Assembly: GCF_963921235.1 (NCBI RefSeq) | Contig: NC_086120.1 | Span: 19,282,001 to 19,346,000 of the forward strand | Direction of reading: 5' to 3' | From: Mobula hypostoma | Taxonomy: Eukaryota | Length of the DNA: 64,000 nt | Part shown: in pieces, positions 12,320 through 22,816 of the stretch | How positions within the stretch are numbered: position 1 is the stretch's first letter | How the letters are laid out: each line of letters opens with the position of its first letter | Program-made: the position numbers and the translations under genes | Notes under the pieces: model-generated | Told to the model about the DNA's origin: nothing | Seen by the model: the letters and a program-made list of their open reading frames with translations, nothing else | The model's database searches: none

Positions 12320-12790
12320 TATATGAGTGAGAGAGACTAATCTGTAATCTGTAATTTTATGTATTGCACTGTACTGCTGCCACACAAAAAAAAAGACAGA
12401 TGTATGAAAGTGACGATAAACTTAATTCTGATATGTGACTCTGTTGTGGACTGAGAGTGGGAAGGGGGCAGGGAAAGTGCAATCGTGGTTGGGAAAAGGG
12501 GAAGGGAGAGGGGAGGGAGCAGGAAGCACCAAAGAGATATCTTGTAAGATCAATAAACCAATTCTTTGGAATGAAATGATCTTGCCTGGTGTCTCAGGGC
12601 TGGATGTGTTGGTGCCACACCCCTGGCCCGGCACTTCTTTTCTGCCACTTGTCCCACACCTCTCCCATGGAGCTCCACCCTCACCATCTCCAACGTCCTT
12701 GGCTCCCGCCAGATTGCCAAACTTGCTCTCCGATCAACTCTGATAAATACAGTACTGTGCAATTCTTGGGTATCCTGTTTACATATAAGT
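12320..12790. mobile_element. Second, partial copy of the composite element core
   Basis: gagagtgggaagggggcaggg...gcaggaagcacca...gatcaataaaccaatt...gtgtctcaggg...aaatacagtactg shared with 34920-35350. Confidence 0.75.
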
Positions 12791-13029
12791 ATTTAAGACT
12801 TCTGCACAATATTATATTTTAATTCAAAGTATAGCTGTGGAAACTTGCATCAATTACATCTGTCTCTTCAGGGGGTATACGAGACACACTTCTTGTTTCA
12901 TTCCTACTCCGGAGCCTTCCATCACCTCTTTGTCTTGTAATTAATGAAGATCTTGCTGCTTCCTGCACTCATAGAGAACTCAAATGTCATTATCTTTTGT
13001 TGATAATTTTCACCCTGCCATTTTCACAT

Positions 13030-13940
13030 GGTTTATTTCGGACTTCTTGTTTTGACTTCTGCATACATCAGAAGGTAAATTAGTGCCCAACATCCATCAC
13101 AAGCTCACATGCCCCCACAGCTTCCTGTAAAAACACCATTCAGTTTCTTTCGCACTGTTCCATCTGTTCTGATGAAGCTTCCAAACTGGTGCTTTAGACC
13201 TGTCACGCTTGCTTCTTAACTATAGTTTTGCTTTTGACAGGGCTCTCACTTGCATCAGTTCTACTTCTTATAAAACCGGACTGTCCCACCTTATTTCCTT
13301 CCAGCCTGCACAAATATAGAGATCCTTATGTGCTCACTTTCTATTCCACCATCTTCTACATCCAACAAACCATCCCAAGTAAATTATGCCTCCTTGAAAT
13401 GGATTCAATCACCTGATGCACCTTCTCGTCCTTCCAGGATTCTGAAGGAACTGTTCCTTCTGGAATCCTGGATATATTTTTCCATGTCTATCAACCACTC
13501 CTCCTTGTAGCAGTTTCCCATCCAGCGACAGTAGGTCCAACCACGGCTCTTTACCTCTTCCTTTCCCATCAGCCAGGAATCTAAGAAGTACTTCCAAATG
13601 AGACAGCAATTCACTTGGGCAGCTTCAAATGCCCTGGTCTGCATTTGGAATTGATTGCAAAATCAAACACAAATCAGGTGGTAGTTTTGCAAAATACCTC
13701 CATTCAGTCTGTAAAGATGACCCTGAGCTTTCATTGTAATCCTCACATTCCTATCCCTGTCTCGGGCCTCCTATGTTGTTCCAACAAAGTCCATTATATG
13801 ATTTAGGAATGGCAACTCATCTTGCATCTATGTATGAAGCAGCCTGGGTAACTAAGTATTGAGTTCAACAATTTCTGTTTTTTCTCTCTGTGCAGATGCT
13901 GTCAAACATGCTGATTATTTCCAGCATTCTCTGTAGTTTG
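13030..13940 (+). mobile_element. Degenerate Penelope-like fragment
   Basis: Patchy similarity to the young element (catctgttctgatgaagc; ctcatcttgcatcta; gagttcaacaatttc). Confidence 0.6.
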
Positions 13941-14493
13941 ATTTCCTGCAATGATCAATTGTGACTTTTTTGTTTCATTATTTTTCCCCTCTCTACTGCC
14001 CTCACATCCATTGCCCTCTGTTTACACCACCTCCAAAAAGAGTAGCTATGATCAACAATCTGTCCTCAACTTTTCTCTGGCGATGAGAACTGCTTGTCAC
14101 CTGGTCATTCGCCTTGTTCTCTCAATCCCTCTCTCCCCGCATAAAACACATGTACTTTCTTGCTTTTCTCAGTTCTGATAAAAGTCGTTGACCTGAAACC
14201 TTAATTCTGTTTCTGCTTCCATAGATGTTGCTTGACCTTTTGGGTGTTTCCACCTTTTTTTTCCAGATTCACACCATCTGGATTTATTTTTCATGGTTTG
14301 CTACGAAGTTTTAGGAAGTGATTTAAAAACATTAGATATCCTGTATTCCTGAAAGCTGATGAACAGAATGGATCTTTTAAAGTCAAGCATCAGAATTAAT
14401 TACAGTACAGGCAGAAAGCAAAATAAAGTTAACAACATACATCAAAGTTGCTGGTGAACGCAGCAGGCCAGGCAGCATCTATAGGAAGAGGCG

Positions 14494-14531
14494 CAGTCGA
14501 CGTTTCAGGCCGAGACCCTTCGTCAGGACTA
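14494..14531 (-). ncRNA. Minimal hammerhead ribozyme motif, mirror copy in the inverted arm
   Basis: Exact reverse complement of the motif at 16866-16903. Confidence 0.75.
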
Positions 14532-15686
14532 ACTGAAGGAAGAGTGAGTAAGGGATTTGAAAGCTGGAGGGGGAGGGGGAGATGCAAAATGATAGGAGAA
14601 GACAGGAGGGGGAGGGATGGAGCCGAGAGCTGGACAGGTGATAGGCAGAAGGGGATACGAGAGGATCATGGGACAGGAGGTCCGGGAAGAAAGACGGGGG
14701 GGGGGTGACCCAGAGGATGGGCAAGAGGTATATTCAGAGGGACAGAGGGAGAAAAAGGAGAGTGAGAGAAAGAATGTGTGCATTAAAAAGAGTAACAGAT
14801 GGGGTACGAGGGGGAGGTGGGGCCTAGCGGAAGTTAGAGAAGTCAATGTTCATGCCATCAGGTTGGAGGCTACCCAGACGGAATATAAGGTGTTGTTCCT
14901 CCAACCTGAGTGTGGCTTCATCTTTACAGTAGAGGAGGCCGTGGATAGACATGTCAGAATGGGAATGGGATGTGGAATTAAAATGTGTGGCCACTGGGAG
15001 ATCCTGCTTTCTCTGGCGGACAGAGCGTAGATGTTCAGCAAAGCGGTCTCCCAGTCTGCGTCGGGTCTCACCAATATATAAAAGGCCACATCGGGAGCAC
15101 CGGACGCAGTATATCACCCCAGTCGACTCACAGGTGAAGTGATGCCTCACCTGGAAGGACTGTTTGGGGCCCTGAATGGTGGTAAGGGAGGAAGTGTAAG
15201 GGCATGTGTAGCACTTGTTCCGCTTACACGGATAAGTGCCAGGAGGGAGATCAGTGGGGAGGGATGGGGGGGACGAATGGACAAGGGAGTTGTGTAGGGA
15301 GCGATCCCTGCGGAATGCAGAGAGGGGGGGAGGGAAAGATGTGCTTAGTGGTGGGATCCCGTTGGAGGTGGCGGAAGTTACGGAGAATAATATGTTAGAC
15401 CCGGAGGCTGGTGGGGTGGTAGGTGAGGACCAGGGGAACCCTATTCCTAGTGGGGTGGTGGGAGGATGGAGTGAGAGCAGATGTACGTGAAATGGGGGAG
15501 ATGCGTTTAAGAGCAGAGTTGATAGTGGAGGAAGGGAAGCCCCTTTCTTTAAAAAATGAAGACATCTCCCTCGTCCTAGAATGAAAAGCCTCATCCTGAG
15601 AGCAGATGCGGCGGAGACGGAGGAATTGCGAGAAGGGGATGGCGTTTTTGCAAGAGACAGGGTGAGAAGAGGAATAGTCCAGATAC

Positions 15687-16574
15687 TATAAGCCTACTGA
15701 CTCTCACAACTATCTGGACTATTCCTCTTCTCATCCTGTCTCTTGCAAAAACGCCATCCCCTTCTCGCAATTCCTCCGTCTCCGCCGCATCTGCTCTCAG
15801 GATGAGGCTTTTCATTCTAGGACGAGGGAGATGTCTTCATTTTTTAAAGAAAGGGGCTTCCCTTCCTCCACTATCAACTCTGCTCTTAAACGCATCTCCC
15901 CCATTTCACGTACATCTGCTCTCACTCCATCCTCCCACCACCCCACTAGGAATAGGGTTCCCCTGGTCCTCACCTACCACCCCACCAGCCTCCGGGTCCA
16001 ACATATTATTCTCCGTAACTTCCGCCACCTCCAACGGGATCCCACCACTAAGCACATCTTTCCCTCCCCCCCCCTCTCTGCATTCCGCAGGGATCGCTCC
16101 CTACACAACTCCCTTGTCCATTCGTCCCCCCCATCCCTCCCCACTGATCTCCCTCCTGGCACTTATCCGTGTAAGCGGAACAAGTGCTACACATGCCCTT
16201 ACACTTCCTCCCTTACCACCATTCAGGGCCCCAAACAGTCCTTCCAGGTGAGGCATCACTTCACCTGTGAGTCGACTGGGGTGATATACTGCGTCCGGTG
16301 CTCCCGATGTGGCCTTTTATATATTGGTGAGACCCGACGCAGACTGGGAGACCGCTTTGCTGAACATCTACGCTCTGTCCGCCAGAGAAAGCAGGATCTC
16401 CCAGTGGCCACACATTTTAATTCCACATCCCATTCCCATTCTGACATGTCTATCCACGGCCTCCTCTACTGTAAAGATGAAGCCACACTCAGGTTGGAGG
16501 AACAACACCTTATATTCCGTATGGGTAGCCTCCAACCTGATGGCATGAACATTGACTTCTCTAACTTCCGCTAG
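15687..16574 (+). CDS. 5'-truncated Penelope ORF: RT C-terminus plus GIY-YIG endonuclease (open frame, no native start)
   Basis: Open frame YKPTDSHNYLDYSSSHP...GVIYCVRCSRCGLLYIGETRRRLGDRFAEH...LEEQHLIFRMGSLQPDGMNIDFSNFR*. The minus-strand mirror copy (ORF 14824-15594) has a homopolymer frameshift. Confidence 0.9.
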   Translation, partial: YKPTDSHNYLDYSSSHPVSCKNAIPFSQFLRLRRICSQDEAFHSRTREMSSFFKERGFPSSTINSALKRISPISRTSALTPSSHHPTRNRVPLVLTYHPTSLRVQHIILRNFRHLQRDPTTKHIFPSPPLSAFRRDRSLHNSLVHSSPPSLPTDLPPGTYPCKRNKCYTCPYTSSLTTIQGPKQSFQVRHHFTCESTGVIYCVRCSRCGLLYIGETRRRLGDRFAEHLRSVRQRKQDLPVATHFNSTSHSHSDMSIHGLLYCKDEATLRLEEQHLIFRMGSLQPDGMNIDFSNFR

Positions 16575-16865
16575 GCCCCACCTCCCCCTCGTACCCCATC
16601 TGTTACTCTTTTTAATGCACACATTCTTTCTCTCACTCTCCTTTTTCTCCCTCTGTCCCTCTGAATATACCTCTTGCCCATCCTCTGGGTCACCCCCCCC
16701 CGTCTTTCTTCCCGGACCTCCTGTCCCATGATCCTCTCGTATCCCCTTCTGCCTATCACCTGTCCAGCTCTCGGCTCCATCCCTCCCCCTCCTGTCTTCT
16801 CCTATCATTTTGCATCTCCCCCTCCCCCTCCAGCTTTCAAATCCCTTACTCACTCTTCCTTCAGT

Positions 16866-16903
16866 TAGTCCTGACGAAGGGTCTCGGCCTGAAACGTCGA
16901 CTG
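16866..16903 (+). ncRNA. Minimal type I hammerhead ribozyme motif in Penelope pLTR
   Basis: tagtc CTGACGA AGGgtctcggCCT GAAA C G TC gactg: core CUGANGA and GAAA, stem I tagtc/gactg, stem II AGG/CCT, loopless ACGU stem III, predicted cleavage after GUC at 16898. Confidence 0.75.
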
Positions 16904-17848
16904 CGCCTCTTCCTATAGATGCTGCCTGGCCTGCTGCGTTCACCAGCAACTTTGATGTATGTTGCTTGAATTTCCAGCATCTGCAGAATTCCTGTTGTTT
17001 AAAGTTAACAACAATTATAATCACATAAGATAGTCACGATTATTGCAGGATAATTACATACAGTTCTGGAGGAACATTTATATAATCCCCCTTCTTACAT
17101 ACTCTTAAATATGAAATCAAATGAGTCCTAAATGCATTTTCTTCCTGTAGACTTCTGACGCTTGGTAACTGGTCTCATTGCAAGTGAGAACTCAGTGTCA
17201 ATTTTGATACCTGAATCTTGCAGTTATTTCTGTTACTAAATTAGTTATCATTCACTTTGCTGCTGTAGTGTTGTTGCCTACTGATGGCATCAATGTTGGG
17301 GAGCTGTCGCACGAAGCCCTTTACCTCTGAACATTGCACAGCAAATTGAAATATAGGTTAAAATATTTTTGGACTTTGAGAGGATTGCATAGAACATTGA
17401 ATGTTTTCAACTCCTCTGAAACTGCTCTGTGTTTCTACAGAACAGTCATCTGGATACCAAATTCAAGTTTTTGCTGAATGAACCTGGCTATCAACAGAGA
17501 ATTAATACCCTTTGAATGCTAAGATAATTAACAATTTCTAAAATAAATTCCAAGCCACTTTAGAGAACTATAAAACACAGCTGGAAAATGGAACGAACAG
17601 AATTGCTCCAGAGAGCTGGCACAGACTTGATGGACTAAATAGCCTACTCTGTACAGTAATAACTCTACAACGCTGATTATTTTAGCGATTCAGCAACTTC
17701 TACTTACCATCATTCTGTTGTTAAAACAAGTTACAATTCATTTTCAAAACTTGACAAATACCAAGGCTTATCCTCCCAACCTGGAATTGCTTGTGCAGCA
17801 CAGAACATGTCTCCTCCACCACCCCCCCATACTAAGTCACTTGGCCTA

Positions 17849-18054
17849 CAAATACCAATACTAATCCTTTTAGCCCGCCATACCCACACCAATCCTTTTG
17901 GCCCACCATACCCATACCAATCCTTTTGGTCCACCATACCCATACCAAATCTTTTGCCCCCCCCCCCATAACCACACCAACCCTTTTGGACCACCATACC
18001 CACACCAATCCTTTTGATCCACCATACCCACATCAATCCTTTTGCCCATCTACA
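17849..18054. repeat. 28-bp minisatellite, about 7 copies
   Basis: Unit ccatacccacaccaatccttttggccca repeated with point variants. Confidence 0.92.
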
Positions 18055-18499
18055 CTAATCACACCTGGCTGTATCCTTCATTGTTTTGTCCATTTAAGTC
18101 TGTCCTAAATACCTCTCATACATAGTCACTATACTCCACCACTTCCTCTGACAGCAAGTTAAGGCTATCAACCACGTTGTGTAAAAAAACATTGCTTCGG
18201 ATTCCTTCAAAACACCTTCCTCTCACCTTAAACATATGGCCCCTTTGTTTATGATACATACTTATCATGAAACAAATGTCTTGACCATTTACCATACCTA
18301 TGCCTCTCATAATCTTTCCTTCTACCAGATCACCCCCGCTGCCTCCACTCTAAAGAAAACAAGCCCAGCAAACACAATCTCTTCTGTGACTAAAGTCCTC
18401 CAATCTAATCAACATCTTGGTGAATTTCCTGCACAGCTCTTGTGCAATCACAGCCTGTTTGAAGTTTGGTGACCAGAACTGTACACCATACTTGTAAGA
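18055..18499 (-). mobile_element. CR1 LINE 3' fragment
   Basis: YGVQFWSPNFKQ...RKFTKMLIRLEDFSH resembles the CR1 YCVQFWSP...RRFTRM motif, followed by a CR1-type 3' UTR. Confidence 0.8.
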
Positions 18500-18681
18500 T
18501 TCCAGAACAATTGGTGTAGTGCTGGTGTTGGAGGTGATCATGATGCTGCCTTTCTCCCAGATAACATTTATTTGCTCCGGGTAGAATCTGGAGACCACAC
18601 ACTCCAGTGTGGCCATTTTCCTATTCTTGGTCTCTTCCTGAGGTGGAGGCTATTCAGGATTTTGAATAAAGACTGACAGTT
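18500..18681 (-). pseudogene. Orphan IgW/IgNAR-type heavy-chain constant (C1-set) exon fragment, truncated, with in-frame stop
   Basis: ttccatttctaatgcgcag| phase-1 acceptor, then (E)LSVFIQNPE*PPPQEETKNRKMATLECVVSRFYPEQINVIWEKGSIMITSNTSTTPIVLE. Shows C1-set hallmarks (ATLEC, FYP, C-strand W). The second Cys is missing because the sequence runs into CR1. Confidence 0.85.
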
Positions 18682-19060
18682 CTGCGCATTAGAAATGGAA
18701 AACTTCAGAACTTTACTGGAGATATTTCTACTGGTTGTGTTAGGTCAAAACAGATCATCAGTACTTAACAATCAGTACTTAACTTAGCTCATAACCATGC
18801 AGAATGTGTGTTGAGAGTTCACTAGTTTTTGCCTCATACACTGTCCTTTATTTAGATACACTGCAGGTCCTGTCATGATGCTGAATTAAATATTCTGTTG
18901 TGCTCATCAGCTGTCATCTTTACATTAATAAAAGAATCCTAGTGGTAAAAGTTAATATCAATTTCAAGTCAGAATGAGTACAGTTTGATAAAGATAATCT
19001 TATTTCAGGCAGAATTAAGCACAAGTGCTGGATACAAAGTCAACATTTGGTGTTAACTTA

Positions 19061-19066
19061 TTTATT
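19061..19066 (-). terminator. Candidate WDR18 polyadenylation signal (AATAAA), implying a ~1.3 kb 3' UTR
   Basis: First minus-strand AATAAA I found after the stop codon, followed by GT-rich sequence. A second AATAAA lies at 18847-18852. No transcript evidence available. Confidence 0.5.
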
Positions 19067-20351
19067 TAAAAAATAATTGGATAAATGCCCCCAGAAATAC
19101 ACACTGAGAAAATGTTAATGGTACAAACAGGAACACAAATACTGAAGTGAGAGTTGGGATTCTAACCGCTTTCATGAGTCAGCACACACACAAGATGTTC
19201 TTTCATTTACTGTTCAAAACAGGACAACGGTATCACTTGATCACATTAGTTCCTTCGGGAACTATCTCAACAGCACAATCCTAAACACCTTGGTTGAAGA
19301 CCACTTTTGAGAATGCACAGAACTGGGTCTATGACTATGATTCACACTGCTCTGTGGAACTGGGAAATAAAAGGCAAATTCTCCAGAGGAAGAGGGGAAG
19401 GCACAAAGGCAGGATTCTTTTTAAGTAACTATATGAATATAGGAATAGTCACACTTATTAAGAAAAGCACCATTTAGACAATGTGTTGACCTGGACATCA
19501 TTGGCTTGGATTATGGAATAAATCTTATATATTCAGACTGAAGATATTTACTGTACTGTGAATTAAAAAGCTCAAGCCTTTGGCATAGAATTAGAAATTG
19601 TAAATGTCCAAGCTTTGCCTTTTTGTCTACCATGGCATAAACCATCACAGTAAACTTTAAGTCCATGTACTAATAAGTTTGTAAATATTTTAAAAAGGAA
19701 TCAGAACTGACTATGTGCCAAAAGAGCTCAAACTGCCAGCACTTGGGTTGTGCACAATCTGTATACAGGTTACAAACTCCCAATTTATGTACAGTCCATA
19801 CACACAAGCATTTAGGAGACTGGAGGTGTAAATTTTTGGGCTCTTACTTGAAGCTCCTGCCAGGATCTGAGTTCATGGCCGCATTTCCAATTTGTGAACT
19901 GTCCAGGTTACGAACAGTATGGGGAGGACCTGAATGTAAGCTCTGTTGTATTTGCAAATAGATACTCAAAATGCAAACAAAAGTAGAGGCTTATTACTGC
20001 AAAAATGAAACTGTAGCAGGCCCAATGCTGATTGGCCTCTCCACACCAAGAATAGCAAATTTGGCAAGTTTATACTCAGCAATACCAATATTGGGAATCA
20101 ACTTAGCTAAAAAGACCACATGGACAATCTGAGTTAACTGGACCTGACTATGCAAACGGGTAGTAACGCAGGAGACAAACATCTCTGACCTCTGAAAGCT
20201 CAGTACAAATAATTCAAATTAAACAGACTCGTATAAATAGGACATTATTGAGTGTACCAATTCATTTTTCATAGCTGGTGTTGGCATATTACTAATATTT
20301 GACACTGAGAGCCACATAATTTGCAGCATTTTCTTTCTTCATCTCTTTTCT

Positions 20352-20480
20352 TTATGTCTGTTTGGTCAGAACTTGCACTGAAAAATCATACAAATCCCTA
20401 TTGATCTTCTTCAATGTCTTCACTTCATCCTCCAACTCAGCCACTCTCATTTTTGTGTTCTCGCCATCTCCCAACATATG
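20352..20480 (-). CDS. WDR18: WDR18 terminal coding exon (C-terminal coiled coil)
   Basis: ttaatttgcctttgcag|CAT ATG ... ACA TAA. Translates HMLGDGENTKMRVAELEDEVKTLKKINRDLYDFSVQVLTKQT*, cf. human RVRVTELEDEVRNLRKINRDLFDFS as recalled. In frame with the two upstream exons. Confidence 0.95.
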   Translation of the reverse strand, partial: HMLGDGENTKMRVAELEDEVKTLKKINRDLYDFSVQVLTKQT

Positions 20481-21194
20481 CTGCAAAGGCAAATTAAAAT
20501 GTATCTGAATAATTTATTGCCAATTCCTTCACAGTTTTTTTTAATACCACCAGTAATGATCCTAATTAGGTTGTCTGGAAGGATATAAATTATAAATTAG
20601 ATTATGCTGGAAATCAAGTCAAGTTTAAAGACTATAAATACACAACAGGTCTCCCTGTATCTGGAAAGAAAGAAGATCAGGTTGATTTTTATGTACGTTC
20701 CAAAGATTGAGACCTCCAACACCAACAAAAAAAAATGTGTTGCATTGTATTTCCAGCAAATCATTTTTTGTCATTTCAAAATAATTCTTCAGTTGCTTCA
20801 AATTAAAAGAAAATGTTGATTTTTTTTTGCTGTCGACGGAGATAAAACGACTTGAAAATAACCTTTGGTGCATATTCAGCTAAGCAGTTTTTAAATTGAG
20901 AAACACAGGTGAAAGGTGCTGGCACCATTTTAGAACTTGTCAGAGGAAACGATGACAGTATGAAGTTGAAACTTCCACATCCTAGTAGTCAGAGAGATGA
21001 ATCTTTATTTCACTATATTGAGCATGCATGAATATTATAAAAATATTAAAAAGAAACAAATTGGCAAAGCAACAGAAAACCAGAAGAATCAGAGAATGTG
21101 AGCAGAGTTCTTCATGCATGACAGTCCCTTATGGTGAAAGAATACAAACCCCACAGGTTAACACATAAAGCTGCAAGGAACACATTTGCAAGAA

Positions 21195-21530
21195 CAGCAC
21201 AGTGGCATAGCTAGTAATGCCACTGCCTCAGCATCTGGGAACTAATCTCATTCCAGACCCCGGGTGCTGTCCGTGAGGACTTTATATGTTCACCTAAGGG
21301 AGCTCTGATTTCTTCCCACATCTAACATCCCAACAGCTTACGGGGTGGTTTAATAATTGGCCACTGAACATTGTCCTTGATGTAGGTGAGTGATAGGGCC
21401 TGGACAGAGTAGATGAAAATATGTGGGGAGAATAGAACGGTATCAACATTGAATTATGCTAAGTGGATGGGCGATGACTGGCAGAGTCAATGCGCAGGAG
21501 AGCTTGTTTCTGTGAAGTATCTCCATAACA
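21195..21530 (+). mobile_element. Degenerate HE1/V-type SINE
   Basis: gcacagtggcatagctagta...ggtgctgtcc...ttcttcccacatc...taattggcc. Confidence 0.7.
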
Positions 21531-22747
21531 GTAAAGTTTATATTTTGTATTAACTGAGATAAGGAATGATATTCCTCTAAAAAGAAATACCTTCTCAGTT
21601 TATACAGCCATGTCAGAGCAAGTATAGTATCCTCTATGTAACACACTAATATTATGCTATGTTACTTTAAACAAATTTAGATGCTGAAAGCTCTTTCTTG
21701 GTCCATACAATTGTGTGGAAAATGCACTGCAACCATTTGTGTTAAAACACTGATGCAGGCCATGCTAGTACCAGCTTGCTACACCCCATGTCTAATACAT
21801 CCATAGATTAAAAAACACTCTGGGACAGTATTGTGTTCTCTTCCTCAAAAGAAACAGCAGTTTCCTAGCTCCTGAAAGAAACTGAATGTAAAGCTTCATC
21901 TGCCAGGCTGCTGCAGATGGCTCCTCAGAGGTTTTAAAAAATGCCTAACAGTTACCAATCAGTAACATAAAGCACAGCCATGGAGGTAAAGGAAAATGCA
22001 GGGGAGAACAATCTATCTGTGTGTCCAACTTCCCACAATCAGCTGCTCTAATTCGATAAATGGTTCCAAGCTACCTAGAGACAAGGGATGATGAGTAGAG
22101 ACAAAAAGAATCTAAGTTCATTGAGATGTTCATTCAAAGATCTTCATTTTAACTGTGATCTGCTGCAACAGTAATCTACCAGCTTCTGTTCATAATGCTC
22201 AAGATATCTGAAAACTCAGTATTCTTTAGACCATCAATAATCAGCCTTTAATTTATTACCTGCCATACATGATCTCACTCTGCAAACAACATCGCAATGA
22301 GACAAACGTCAGCCTGGCTTCCATGGGCAACATGTAAGTTTCAGTTTAAGTTGGAAGAGGGTGTAGGTAGTAATATTACACTTTTGGTACTGTATAATCC
22401 AATCCAATTTGCTATAGTTACAATTTCACCCTGAAATGACCTATTCCAAGTATCTCACGCTTAGTTGCGAAGAAGCAGGTGCTAATTGACACAAGTTTTA
22501 GGAAAGTACATCTGAGAGGCAATCTTGAACAGGTGCCATCTCCTATGCATATGCTTCTTTGTTGCCCATGGAAGCCAGGCTGTTGTTCTTCTCTTTGAAT
22601 AGTGTGCCATTGTTTTGCACAGTGGGCCCACTTGATAGCAAATGGATTCATACTGAGAAAACTCATTTTGCAGAAAATCATTGGAGGCAGAATCTCATAT
22701 GGAGTTTAAACTACACTTGACAAGGAATCTATTAAAGTGAGACAAAC

Positions 22748-22816
22748 CTTATCAACAGCAGCACACATAACAGAATACAACTGTTCAGATTTTTCCAGGT
22801 AGCTTTCCTGAGCCTC
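22748..22816 (-). CDS. WDR18: WDR18 penultimate coding exon (equivalent to human exon 9)
   Basis: ttctgtctcttattag|GAG GCT ... GAT AAG|gtttgt. 69 nt, phase 0-0. Translates EAQESYLEKSEQLYSVMCAAVDK, cf. human SYLDRTEQLQAVLCSTMEK as recalled. Too short for the ORF track. Confidence 0.93.

Larger units (their letters stand above)
14433..17000. mobile_element. Young Penelope-like retroelement, fold-back (inverted) insertion
   Basis: Left arm 14433-15685 is the near-perfect reverse complement of 15711-16964. 25-nt spacer; 36-nt tail 16965-17000 on the right arm only. Flanking direct repeat aaagttaacaaca at 14425-14437 and 17001-17013. Confidence 0.95.

Noticed and set aside
17849-18054. Minisatellite as an Ig switch-like region or CRISPR-like array
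   Set aside because: No unique spacers; cartilaginous fish lack canonical switch regions; a CR1 3' UTR origin explains it better.
22418-22681. 87-aa minus ORF in the last WDR18 intron as an extra exon
   Set aside because: No WDR18 similarity, and the flanking exons already join in frame at the expected sizes.
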